A stretch of DNA of 64,000 nucleotides from an uncultured delta proteobacterium (lineage in GTDB: Bacteria > Desulfobacterota > WTBG01). Under the pieces are notes generated by a model. The model saw only the letters and a program-made list of their open reading frames with translations, made no database searches and had not been told where the DNA came from. The position numbers and the translations under genes are program-made. This document shows positions 32,421 through 41,613 of this stretch, piece by piece (the stretch's first letter is position 1; every line of letters starts with the position of its first letter). Location of the stretch: assembly GCA_963793865.1 (NCBI GenBank), contig CAWCBP010000001.1:544001-608000 (forward strand). The letters run 5' to 3'.

Positions 32421-32894
32421 ATGAAACAAATGGCGCTTTTATTGGTGTTGGTATTGTGCTGGGCTGCAGCAGATAGGGCGGCGGGAGAGGAAGCCACCTA
32501 TGTCGGCGTTAAGAAATGCAAGGTATGCCACATCAAAATCTATCAGACCTGGAAGGAAACCAAGCATGCCCTTGCCTTTGATAAATTAAACGAGCAGGAA
32601 AAACAGGATCCCAAGTGCAATGAGTGCCATGTCACCGGTAAGGACGTTAATTTTCCCGGCATTCAGTGCGAGGCCTGTCATGCCCCGGGCAGTAAGTTCA
32701 CCAGTGCCACCATCATGAATAAGAAAAAGTATGAGACGGATCCCGAAGGGCAGCGGAAGATGGCGCTTGAGGCGGGGTTGATCATTGCTCCCAATGAAGC
32801 AAGCTGCAAACAGTGCCACAATGAACGCAGCCCGCATTACAAGCCGTTTGATTTCAAGGTGCGCTACGAGGAGATCAAGCACAAAAACAAGTAA
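32421..32894 (+). CDS. Periplasmic tetraheme cytochrome c, c554-like family
   Basis: Signal peptide, YVGVKKCKVCH..W..TKHA, CNECHVTG, IQCEACHAPGS, CKQCH. Confidence 0.88.
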   Translation: MKQMALLLVLVLCWAAADRAAGEEATYVGVKKCKVCHIKIYQTWKETKHALAFDKLNEQEKQDPKCNECHVTGKDVNFPGIQCEACHAPGSKFTSATIMNKKKYETDPEGQRKMALEAGLIIAPNEASCKQCHNERSPHYKPFDFKVRYEEIKHKNK

Positions 32895-33081
32895 GGGCGG
32901 ACAATAAGCGCATCGTTCCGGATGAGGGATCACACTGTATCCGGGCGGATGTTGAGCCGGGGAAGCGCTGGGAGCGTGCCTGGCAAAACGTATGATCAGG
33001 GATTCACGAATGTTGTGCACGGCACACATGCATGAATCCCTGTTTGGTTTTTCCGGATGGGAAAAGCCTGATGACCCGGGA

Positions 33082-33813
33082 TCAAGGTTTTCCGCAGGCC
33101 TTACAGTGCGGGTCTTTCTGGAGAGGGACCTCATGGAACTGCATGAGCTCCCCGTCCCAGAAAAGCATGCGGTTCTTCAGCAGGGTTCCTTTTCCGGTCA
33201 GATATTTGAGCGTTTCGAGCGCTTCCAGGGTGCCGATGACTCCGGCTGTTGCGCCGACAATGGGGAATATCGCTGACGGGGTTGATTTTGGGACAAAACA
33301 GAAAAGACAGGGGGTTTCGGGAGCGTGAATAAAGGTAATCTGGCCGGACATGCCGGTTACCCCCGCGTGAACGAAAGGCAGGCCTTTCAGAAATGCATAT
33401 TCATTGAGGACGTGGCGGGTGGAGAAGTTGTCCATGCAGTCAACGATAATGTCGGCATTGTCCACCAGCCGAGCCACATTCTCTTGAACAATATGTTCTT
33501 CCAGGGGTTCAACCGTGACCAGGGGATTGATCCGGGCGATGGTTTCCCGGGCCGAAAGGGCTTTATTTCTGCCGATGTCCGCGTCGCTGTGCAGCACCTG
33601 GCGATTGAGATTGGAAAGCTCCGGCGTGCCGGAATCACAGACTCTGAGCCGTCCGACCCCCGCGGCAGCAAGATAGATCGCAACCGGACTGCCAAGCCCG
33701 CCCGCCCCCGCGATAAAAACGGTTGACCGTTTGAGCTTCTCCTGGCCTTCCTCCCCCCAGCCGTTGAGGATGATCTGTCGCCCGTAGCGTTGCTTTTCAT
33801 CAGCCGTTAGCAT
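33082..33813 (-). CDS. moeB: MoeB/ThiF/HesA family adenylyltransferase
   Basis: RYGRQI, GAGGLG, SNLNRQ, CLFC and C-terminal CKAC Zn motifs. Confidence 0.88.
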   Translation of the reverse strand: MLTADEKQRYGRQIILNGWGEEGQEKLKRSTVFIAGAGGLGSPVAIYLAAAGVGRLRVCDSGTPELSNLNRQVLHSDADIGRNKALSARETIARINPLVTVEPLEEHIVQENVARLVDNADIIVDCMDNFSTRHVLNEYAFLKGLPFVHAGVTGMSGQITFIHAPETPCLFCFVPKSTPSAIFPIVGATAGVIGTLEALETLKYLTGKGTLLKNRMLFWDGELMQFHEVPLQKDPHCKACGKP

Positions 33814-33854
33814 AGGTTGCGAGGACGAGTAGTCTGTATTGAAAACAGGGACCG

Positions 33855-33973
33855 GGAGTAAAGGAATAATGGAGTGATGGAGTAATGGAGTGTTGGAGTG
33901 ATGGAAAAAAACGAGGAGATTGTTTTTCCGTAGAGCACTTCGTGTAACCAATACTCCAATGCTCCGGTACTCC
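33855..33973. repeat. Octamer tandem repeat with an inverted copy, (GGAGTRWT)n ... (AATACTCC-like)n
   Basis: Six GGA(G/A)TRWW units at 33855-33902 and three reverse-complement units at 33950-33973. Confidence 0.75.
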
Positions 33974-34057
33974 AGTCCCCCGCAACTCCCGTACAAACCT
34001 AAAAAGCGGTCAGCGGTCACCACTGCCGCGATGCTATAACTGCTCTAACCCCTCACT

Positions 34058-34297
34058 CTATCCTCCAGCCACCGGAGGGAAAATGCTCAATTCATCACCC
34101 GGCTTGATGGTCTGGGTCAGGGATCCGTTGCGACCGTTGACCAGAATGATCTTGGGTATGTCGCCGGGTATGTTCAGCTTGGAGATGATTTGTTCGATGG
34201 TTGTTTGTTCGTCCGCCGCTACCATGCAGGATTTCCCGTCGCTGTCTTTGGGCAAATAATCCCGCAGGGTGGCAAACAGCTTTACCTTGACCTGCAT
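34058..34297 (-). CDS. moaD: MoaD/ThiS sulfur-carrier protein
   Basis: VKLFATLR...ILVNG...FPPVAGG with C-terminal diglycine. Confidence 0.88.
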   Translation of the reverse strand: MQVKVKLFATLRDYLPKDSDGKSCMVAADEQTTIEQIISKLNIPGDIPKIILVNGRNGSLTQTIKPGDELSIFPPVAGG

Positions 34298-34373
34298 ACA
34301 TCCGCCTCCTTGAATGCAGTGCTGTATGGTATTGTCCCGGGACAGGGTTTTCTCACTTGCGGTATGACCCGCC

Positions 34374-34664
34374 TTATTGCCCGGCCGGGGCGGCCGCTGC
34401 CGGCTTTTTCTCGGAGCCGGCGGTTTTTTCCAGCTCGATGCCCTGGTCCTCGAGCTTTTTGATATACTTTGCCGGGTCTTTTTTAAATTCGGGGATGCAG
34501 GCGGGGCAGCAGAAATATACCCGTTTCCCCTGGTAGTCGCTGTAGTGTTGTTTGTTGATCGGGCCTCCCATGACCGGGCAGTTTGTCTGCGGGGCGGTCC
34601 ACGCAGTGCCCGCGAAAAATGCGGTCAGCATGAGGATGATGGTGAGTGCTTTGATGGTTTTCAT
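34374..34664 (-). CDS. Secreted YHS-domain (metal-binding) protein
   Basis: Signal peptide and CPVMG...YQGKRVYFCCPAC...FKKDP. Confidence 0.85.
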   Translation of the reverse strand: MKTIKALTIILMLTAFFAGTAWTAPQTNCPVMGGPINKQHYSDYQGKRVYFCCPACIPEFKKDPAKYIKKLEDQGIELEKTAGSEKKPAAAAPAGQ

Positions 34665-34891
34665 CTTCCGCTCCTTTCTGAATGAAATAGTGGACAGTAA
34701 CTGATGCGGGCGTACAATAGTGCCGGTATGTCATCAGTGCATGTTGGAAAAGGGTATATTAATTTACAGCTCCTGTCAACGACGTTCCATAATTGCATTG
34801 AGAATCTCACCCGCTTGTGCTACTGCATTGCAGATGACAGCTCAAGATGGATTGAAATAGTGCCGCAGCTCGGGGGGAGGAAAAACAAAAA

Positions 34892-35572
34892 ATGCAACGC
34901 TGGTTTCTCGCAGCGCTCCTGCTTTTATGCCGCGTTGGTGATGTTGAACGGATTAATGCGGCCGGCGATATGCCGGCAAGGCAGGTCGTTGCCATTTCAG
35001 AAAAAATCCTTGACCTTTTCGAAGAGCTGGAGGACTTCAGGTGCGATGTTGAAGCGCAATACTACCGGAGGGGGAAGGAACATCAACTCTACCGATTCAC
35101 CTTTTGGGGAGAGAGGGCAGGTACCACCCGGATAAAATTTTCCCGTCCCTATCCCGGTCTTACTGCCGCCTATAAAAAGGGGGAACATACCGTAACCGTT
35201 CAGCCGTTCCCCTTGTTGCCCTTTATAAAACTTACCTTTTCACTTTACCATTCTTTAGTCAGATCTCCCAGCGGACAGCGAATGGACCAGGCAGGTATTG
35301 AGTACATGAGCCGTTTTTTTCACAAAAACATGAATGTGATTCAACAGCATGAAAGTTCGTTCCGGGAGGAAGCAGACAGTCTGGTATTTTCCTTTTGGGC
35401 CGAGGATTACACCGGCAGCAAAGAACTCAACCGGTATAATGTCACCGTCTCGAAAGAAACGTATCTTCCCCTGCGGATAGAAAGATATGATAGCAGCTGT
35501 GAGCCCATAGAAGCCATAAGTTTTAAGAAGTTTGTCATTCAGGCCTTAGGGATAGTGCCGCCGTGCCGGTGA
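34892..35572 (+). CDS. LolA-like / outer-membrane lipoprotein-sorting family protein
   Basis: Signal peptide and C-terminal V..ETYLPLRIERYD..IEAISF pattern typical of the LolA-like fold. Confidence 0.6.
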   Translation: MQRWFLAALLLLCRVGDVERINAAGDMPARQVVAISEKILDLFEELEDFRCDVEAQYYRRGKEHQLYRFTFWGERAGTTRIKFSRPYPGLTAAYKKGEHTVTVQPFPLLPFIKLTFSLYHSLVRSPSGQRMDQAGIEYMSRFFHKNMNVIQQHESSFREEADSLVFSFWAEDYTGSKELNRYNVTVSKETYLPLRIERYDSSCEPIEAISFKKFVIQALGIVPPCR

Positions 35573-35912
35573 ATTAATTAACTCAAAAAATGTGATTGCA
35601 AACACGGCAGGTGCCGAGAGGACATTGAGAAATGGTCGTAATCAGATGATACTGTTTTTATGTGTAATATGATGAGCATTCATAAGAAAACAGTATATGT
35701 TATTGCATATTAACGGCTTTACTATTTGTGTTGTTTGTTTAACATGTATTATTATGAGATATTTTAGATTTTTTTCTTGACAAAGATTTCATAATCTGAT
35801 AATTAACATATATATCTTAATGATTTATAGCACCATGAACTAATCAGCAATCGAAAGGGAATTGGTGTGGGGTCATGCGGATTGTCAGCATGCGTCATTA
35901 TTTGCTTGCTTG

Positions 35913-35960
35913 AAGGTCGGATTATCTGCCGCGTGGCGGATTGGTAATCTGACTTTTTTT
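35913..35960 (+). terminator. Terminator-like hairpin in the 5' leader of the Cys-rich surface protein gene
   Basis: GTCGGATTATC...GGTAATCTGAC stem followed by T7, ending 14 nt before the ATG. Confidence 0.6.
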
Positions 35961-35974
35961 AAGGGGGTGTATAG

Positions 35975-37897
35975 ATGAAAAGAATATTTTTTTCAGCGCT
36001 TTTACTCCTCATTTTTCTATTGGGTTTGACATATAACAGCTATGCCCCATGCATATCATGCCCTCCCGCCTGTAGTGAGAATGCAGACTGCGTTGACTCA
36101 GACAATTGCACGGTTGATATTTGTGTAAATAGTGCCTGTCAGCACGTACCCGTTGACTGCAGCAACCTTGATGACCAGTGCAATGTGGGGGTATGCGATC
36201 CGGGCGCGGGCACCTGTGAAAAGGATCCGCATCCGCTGAACGGTAATTCCTGTAATGACGGGAATCTGTGCACGGCAAATGATATCTGCACCAATGGCAC
36301 ATGTGCGGGATCAGCGAAGGATTGCAGTGCGTTGACCGACCAGTGCAATGTGGGGGTATGCGATCCGGGCACGGGCACCTGCGAGAAGGATCCGCTTCCG
36401 CTGAACGGTAATTCCTGTAACGACGGGAATCTGTGCACAACAAATGATATCTGCACCAATGGCACATGTGCGGGATCGGCGGAGGATTGCAGTGCGTTGA
36501 CCGACCAGTGCAACGTCGGGTTGTGCGATCCGGGAACGGGCACCTGCGAGAAGGATCCGCTGCCGCTGAACGGCAATTCCTGTAATGACGGGGATCTGTG
36601 CACGGCAAATGATATTTGCACCAATGGCACATGTGCGGGATCAGCGAAGGATTGCAGTGCGTTGACCGACCAGTGCAACGTCGGGTTGTGCGATCCGGGA
36701 ACGGGAAGCTGCGAACAGGATCCTGCGCCTAAAAATGGCAATGCCTGCAATGATGTGAACAACTGTACCGAAAACGATATATGTGTTAATGGTGAGTGTG
36801 CAGGTACTGAGATTCCGGACTGCATTTCCTGCGCGATAGAGATTGCGCGAGGGAGGTCGTGTCCCGGGGAAGAGATAGATGACCCTGCCTATAACCGGCC
36901 GGGAAGGCGAGGGCTTGCCGCCACCTGTAATGATGTCATTGATTTCACTGTCTGCTCCGATTGCCTGCCGTTCGATCCCTCGTGCCTGGTGTGGTCTATC
37001 GATCCGGCTCAATCATTCCTGAGTATTGCCCAGATCGATGACTGTTGCTGGAGGCTCACCATCGATGAAAGCTGCCAACAGCTCGAGAAGATCGCGGAGT
37101 ACGATATCACGGTGACCGACACCTGCAATAATACGTCGGATACCGTCGTGATCGAAATCGGAAAAGTCATCGTCGATCTGGGTAATACCACTGTTCAGCC
37201 CAATACGGAATCAGCCACGGTTGCGCTGGATCTCATTAACCCGGAACACCATGTAAAGGCACTGCTTGCTGACATCTGCGAATGTGCGGGCGGTGAGGAC
37301 AATCTGGAATGTACCGGGTGCGTGATTGATCCTGACCGGGCCCCTCAGTTTACTTGCTCTGCTTTCGATCAGCCTGGCGGATGCTGCAGGGTAGTCATTT
37401 ACTCCACCAACCCTGCCGCGCTGATTCTGCAGGGGAGAGGGCCGGTTGCCCAGGTGATATATCAGGCAGGTGATGCGAGCGTGGGTGATTGCGCCTGTCT
37501 GATGCCGGTCAATATCCAGATGTCAGACCAGTTTAACGAAGAGCTCTGTGCCTGCCGGCTCGCCGGCGAGGTGTGCTTCAAGACCTGCGGTGATATTTAT
37601 CCCCAGGATTGCCTGGGCGGCATATGCGCTGATACAGATTGCGGCGACGGTATAGTGGACATACTGGACATCCTGGAAGGCCTTGACATTGTTTTGGGTT
37701 TACAGGTCCCGACGTTGTGTCAAACAGGCAATGGAGACGTGCCCAACGGGGTGCCGCCATACTGCGGGAATCCCCCGGGAACACCAAACTGCGAAGGTGA
37801 CGGCGAAATCAATATTTTTGACGTGCTGGTGATGATCGACAAGGCCCTGGGCAAGATGAACTGCTGCGACTACTGCCTGTTTGGAGAAATCTATTAG
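35975..37897 (+). CDS. Secreted Cys-rich repeat protein with cohesin-like and dockerin-like C-terminal domains
   Basis: Signal peptide, four 55-aa Cys-rich repeats and a beta-sandwich segment. Paired Ca-binding motifs GDGIVDILDI and GDGEINIFDV. Confidence 0.75.
   Translation: MKRIFFSALLLLIFLLGLTYNSYAPCISCPPACSENADCVDSDNCTVDICVNSACQHVPVDCSNLDDQCNVGVCDPGAGTCEKDPHPLNGNSCNDGNLCTANDICTNGTCAGSAKDCSALTDQCNVGVCDPGTGTCEKDPLPLNGNSCNDGNLCTTNDICTNGTCAGSAEDCSALTDQCNVGLCDPGTGTCEKDPLPLNGNSCNDGDLCTANDICTNGTCAGSAKDCSALTDQCNVGLCDPGTGSCEQDPAPKNGNACNDVNNCTENDICVNGECAGTEIPDCISCAIEIARGRSCPGEEIDDPAYNRPGRRGLAATCNDVIDFTVCSDCLPFDPSCLVWSIDPAQSFLSIAQIDDCCWRLTIDESCQQLEKIAEYDITVTDTCNNTSDTVVIEIGKVIVDLGNTTVQPNTESATVALDLINPEHHVKALLADICECAGGEDNLECTGCVIDPDRAPQFTCSAFDQPGGCCRVVIYSTNPAALILQGRGPVAQVIYQAGDASVGDCACLMPVNIQMSDQFNEELCACRLAGEVCFKTCGDIYPQDCLGGICADTDCGDGIVDILDILEGLDIVLGLQVPTLCQTGNGDVPNGVPPYCGNPPGTPNCEGDGEINIFDVLVMIDKALGKMNCCDYCLFGEIY
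36155..36814 (+). repeat. 165-bp intragenic tandem repeat, about 4 copies
   Basis: Units start at 36155, 36320, 36485 and 36650 (DCSALTDQCNVG.CDPG.G.CEKDP.PLNGNSCNDG.LCT.NDICTNGTCAG). Confidence 0.9.
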
Positions 37898-37950
37898 GAA
37901 CGCAGCGGGATTAAGATAGCCGGGGAAATGCACCATTAATCGAATATATT

Positions 37951-37981
37951 AAAAGCAGGGTATAGCGAGCCCTGCTTTTTT
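37951..37981. terminator. Intrinsic (bidirectional-type) terminator
   Basis: AAAAGCAGGG-loop-CCCTGCTTTTTT. Confidence 0.8.
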
Positions 37982-38065
37982 GTTTGCTTGATCATGACGG
38001 CTGTCGCGTCCCCGGAGCTTCTCAGGAGGAGTTGAAAATTTTTTTAAAAAATTTTAAAATTTATT

Positions 38066-38094
38066 TTGCTTTCTTCCCTCTTCTTTGCTATGCT
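38066..38094 (+). promoter_or_regulatory. Sigma-70 promoter upstream of the flavin-binding gene and atp operon
   Basis: TTGCTT-N17-TATGCT with an extended TG and an AT-rich UP region. Confidence 0.6.
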
Positions 38095-38290
38095 CTGCCA
38101 AATTTTTTGGACTGATGGTTAGTAGCAATTGCACGATCGTGTGGTGGTGTGCCGGCACGGTGAGAACATGCCCGGGCGCGTGTGCCCGGAGGAAATCGGA
38201 ATATTGTTGTGCTTCGCCCGCAAATAGTTTATAGTCTTCAGCACTCAGGGCCCTGCACTGCCTGCAAAAGGCATCCGGAAAGAAAAGACC

Positions 38291-38725
38291 ATGCGGGCCT
38301 TGTCCGAGAGTGAGATAAAAAAATTCCTGTCAGAATGGACCTGGGGCACGCTCATCGCCATTGATGGCGATGGACCCTATGCCATTGAGCTCTCCTATGC
38401 ATTCGACGGTGAGTTTATTTATTGCGGATCCATGCCTGACGGCCGCATGTCCCGGTGCATTGCAAACGGCAGCCGGGTGGCATTCAAGATATGTGATTCC
38501 ACAAAAGACACCTCGCGATTCAGGGCCGCCATAGCGGAAGGGACGGTGAAAAAGCTTACCCAACGGGAGGAGATTGTTAAAGGCCTTGAGGTGCTGTATA
38601 AGAAATTGGGCTTTCCCGCGTCCCGCATTGAGAAGCGTGCCGATCAACTGTGCATACCGGGCAAGAGTGCGAGCTTTTACCGGATTGGCATCGCGGCGCT
38701 TGGGGGGAGGGCAATAGGATACTAG
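38291..38725 (+). CDS. Pyridoxamine 5'-phosphate oxidase-like (NimA-type) flavin-binding protein
   Basis: EIKKFL...GTL...GPYAIELSYAFDGEFIY split-barrel pattern. Confidence 0.75.
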   Translation: MRALSESEIKKFLSEWTWGTLIAIDGDGPYAIELSYAFDGEFIYCGSMPDGRMSRCIANGSRVAFKICDSTKDTSRFRAAIAEGTVKKLTQREEIVKGLEVLYKKLGFPASRIEKRADQLCIPGKSASFYRIGIAALGGRAIGY

Positions 38726-38778
38726 CTTTCCCGGGGGCAGGTGTGCTGCACCTGCAAATCGCTTAATGGCTCTCTGTT

Positions 38779-38988
38779 GTGGCGCAGAAAAAAAAGATCA
38801 TCAAACAGGGTGCCCAGCTGATAGTCCTGGGTTTTGAGCTGGCAACGCCGGTGGTGGTGGGCATCTTCGCCGGCTATTTCCTGGACCGGAGGTTGAACAC
38901 CCAGCCGTGGCTGATGATGCTGGGGGTTATGGCAGGATTCCTGTACGGGCTGAAAACGCTCTTTACCATGATTAAAAGAATGGAATGA
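38779..38988 (+). CDS. atpZ: AtpZ/AtpI-family small membrane protein
   Basis: G..AGYFLDRRLNTQPWLM..G motif; first gene of the atp operon. Confidence 0.8.
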   Translation: MAQKKKIIKQGAQLIVLGFELATPVVVGIFAGYFLDRRLNTQPWLMMLGVMAGFLYGLKTLFTMIKRME

Positions 38989-38992
38989 CCCC

Positions 38993-39394
38993 ATGTTCAA
39001 CAAGCCGCCCGGGACATCATGGACCATCAGCGCAATGCAGACGGGGACGGTTGTTACCGGGATGGTGCTGGTGCTCGGTTCCCTTTTTTTCAAGTCCCTG
39101 CCCGTGACCCTTGGGGTGTTTGCGGGGGGGCTGCTGGCCTGCATAAATTTTGTCGTGCTCCAGAAGGTGGTGGTGAAAATGACCGCCGAGACAACTCACA
39201 ACAGGGCCATCCCCGCGGCAGTCGCTGTGCTGAAATTCATTCTTCTGGCGATCGCCATTTATGCGGCCCTTTCATCAAAGTATATTGATCCCATCGGGTT
39301 TGTGGTGGGGCTTTCTTCAGTGGTGATAACGCTTGTGGTCATGCCGATCGGGAGGTCTGTGCGCGGTGCCTTCTCCCGGGAAAGCAAGGGGTAA
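38993..39394 (+). CDS. atpI: ATP synthase subunit I
   Basis: Four TM helices, GGLLACINF, position in the operon. Confidence 0.8.
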   Translation: MFNKPPGTSWTISAMQTGTVVTGMVLVLGSLFFKSLPVTLGVFAGGLLACINFVVLQKVVVKMTAETTHNRAIPAAVAVLKFILLAIAIYAALSSKYIDPIGFVVGLSSVVITLVVMPIGRSVRGAFSRESKG

Positions 39395-39395
39395 G

Positions 39396-40214
39396 ATGAA
39401 AAAGCTCATTGTGACAGCCCTGGTGGTGATGTACATGCTGCTGCCGGTCATGGCATCGCCGGTCTCCGCTTCGGAAGGGGAGGGCGCGTTTTACTGGGTG
39501 ACCCTGCTCCCCTTTTATCACTCCCTCACCGGACTGGAGCACGAATCAGAAAAAATAGCCGACTTCGGCACCATCAATGCGGATGCGGTCAGCCACGCCC
39601 TGCTGGTAAGCATCATTTTAATCGCGCTTGCCCTCTACCTCAAGTTCAAGGCCCCGCGCCAGATTGTTCCCAGCGACAAGGTGTCCCTGGGAAATATCGT
39701 CGAGGCATTGATTGAATTTGTCTATGGGCTGCTGGAAGAGAATATCGGCAGCGCAGGCAAACGATTTATTCCCATCATCGGGGCGCTGTTTGTCTTTATC
39801 CTGGTGGGTAATCTGATCGGCCTGCTCCCGGGATTTCTCCCCCCCACGGAAAACATCAACATCAACGCCGGCTGCGCGCTCATCGTTTTCTTTGCCTATC
39901 AGGGCATCGGCTTCAAGGAACACGGCGCTTCGTATCTCAAGCACTTTTGCGGTCCCATCTGGTGGCTTGCGCCGTTCATGTTTATCATTGAGCTTATCGG
40001 CCACGTGGCCCGTCCCTTTTCGCTCTCCATCAGGCTCTTCGGAAACATCATGGGAGACCACAAGGTGCTGGAAATTTTTTCCAACCTGGTGCCCATCGGC
40101 GTCCCGGTGTTTAACCTCGCCCTGGGCACATTTGTTTCGGTAATTCAGGCGCTGGTGTTTTCTCTGCTTTCAATTATTTACATAAGCCTGGCACTGGAGG
40201 CCGGCGAACATTAA
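39396..40214 (+). CDS. atpB: F0 subunit a
   Basis: [22 protein letters not shown] and IQALVF motifs; N-terminal signal-like extension. Confidence 0.95.
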   Translation: MKKLIVTALVVMYMLLPVMASPVSASEGEGAFYWVTLLPFYHSLTGLEHESEKIADFGTINADAVSHALLVSIILIALALYLKFKAPRQIVPSDKVSLGNIVEALIEFVYGLLEENIGSAGKRFIPIIGALFVFILVGNLIGLLPGFLPPTENININAGCALIVFFAYQGIGFKEHGASYLKHFCGPIWWLAPFMFIIELIGHVARPFSLSIRLFGNIMGDHKVLEIFSNLVPIGVPVFNLALGTFVSVIQALVFSLLSIIYISLALEAGEH

Positions 40215-40245
40215 ATCACATTATTATTGCCAAGGAGGTAGAAGA

Positions 40246-40584
40246 ATGAAGAAAACAAGTAAGATAATGGCTATCGCGTTTCTGGGGGTGATCCTGACGC
40301 TGACCTTTGCCCCGATGGTGCTGGCGGCGGAAGAGGGCGGCGGAGAACTTTCCTCCATGGCCAAGGGCATCATCGGAGCAGCCGGCGGGCTGTGCATCAG
40401 TCTGGCCGCGCTTGCCGGCACGCTGGCTCAGGGCAAGTCCATTGCCGCCGGGTTAGAGGGAATTGCCCGAAATCCGGGGGCAGCGGGAAAAATCCAGACC
40501 CCCATGATTATCGGTCTAGCCTTCCAGGAGTCCCTGGTGCTCTACGCCCTGGTGGTTGCGTTCATGCTTATTTTAAAGGTGTAG
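40246..40584 (+). CDS. atpE: F0 subunit c with N-terminal signal peptide
   Basis: AQG...ARNP...[11 protein letters not shown]. Confidence 0.95.
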   Translation: MKKTSKIMAIAFLGVILTLTFAPMVLAAEEGGGELSSMAKGIIGAAGGLCISLAALAGTLAQGKSIAAGLEGIARNPGAAGKIQTPMIIGLAFQESLVLYALVVAFMLILKV

Positions 40585-40627
40585 CCGGCCGCACGGGCCA
40601 ACCCCTTTTGTGATTGAGGATTAGTAC

Positions 40628-41062
40628 ATGGCAATGCTCCAGGTAAACAGCACGCTTTTCTTCCAGATCGGCAACTTCCTGGCGCTCATCTGGATACTCA
40701 ACAAGCTCATGTTCAGGCCGTTCCTTGAGCTGGTGGAGCGCAGGAAGCAAGAAACCGACGGCACCCGTAAAAAGGCCGAGGATATAATGGACCGTGCGGA
40801 GAGCGTCAAGGGATCGTATGACGAGGGCATATCCGCTGCGAACTCAGAGGCAGGTGCTCTGAGCGAGGTTCAGCGCAAGGCGGGACGGGAGGAGGGCGAG
40901 CGGATAATGGATGAAGCGCGCGCCAACAGCTCGGAGTATCTTGCCAGCACATGGAAAGAACTGCAGGCTGGGCTTCTCGAGGAAAGAAAACAGATTGCCG
41001 GGATATCGATTGACCTGGCCGGGGAAATGGCCAGAAAAATTTTGGGGAGAAATACCCGATGA
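40628..41062 (+). CDS. F0 subunit b'
   Basis: N-terminal TM (FFQIGNFL...FRPF) and coiled coil. Confidence 0.88.
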   Translation: MAMLQVNSTLFFQIGNFLALIWILNKLMFRPFLELVERRKQETDGTRKKAEDIMDRAESVKGSYDEGISAANSEAGALSEVQRKAGREEGERIMDEARANSSEYLASTWKELQAGLLEERKQIAGISIDLAGEMARKILGRNTR

Positions 41063-41613
41063 AGGGCAGATACGTCCCGGTCGCTATATTTGTGATAGCA
41101 GGACTGGCAGTGCTCTTCGTGCCGCTGCCCGCAGCGGTAAAGAGTTTGCTTTACAAGACCTATAACCTGGTCCTGTTCTGCTATATCCTGTACGTGGTTG
41201 CCGCACCGGCAGTGCGGGACCTGTTTGTCGAGCGCAAGAAACAGATACAGAGGCATATAGTCGAGGCACGGGCAGCCAAAGAGCAGGCGGAAGAGCTGCT
41301 CCGCAGTTATGAGGAGAAGGTTAGGGATCTTGAACAGGAGAAGGCCCGGATTCTTGCACGGTATAAAGAGGAGGGAGCCTTACAACGGCAAATAATTATC
41401 GAGGAGGCTCAGCAGGAGGCAAAGCGAATTATACAGCAAGCCAGGGATATTATGCTGAATGAGTCCAAAAGGGCGCAGCTTGCCTTCCGGGAAGAGATTA
41501 TCGCGGCTTCTCTGCGGCTGTCACAAGAATTGCTCACTCAGCAGTACAACAAGGATGATCAGAAGAGGGCAATCGAAGAAACGCTGGTGAGGGTAAAGGA
41601 TCTTCAATTATGA
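41059..41613 (+). CDS. atpF: F0 subunit b
   Basis: TM segments and coiled coil; lies between b' and delta. Confidence 0.85.
   Translation: MKGRYVPVAIFVIAGLAVLFVPLPAAVKSLLYKTYNLVLFCYILYVVAAPAVRDLFVERKKQIQRHIVEARAAKEQAEELLRSYEEKVRDLEQEKARILARYKEEGALQRQIIIEEAQQEAKRIIQQARDIMLNESKRAQLAFREEIIAASLRLSQELLTQQYNKDDQKRAIEETLVRVKDLQL

Noticed and set aside
33814..34023. N-terminal extension of MoeB
   Set aside because: It is a translation of the octamer repeat spacer; homology begins at MLTADEKQRY.
36155..36814. CRISPR-like array
   Set aside because: In-frame 165-bp coding repeats with no unique spacers and no cas genes.
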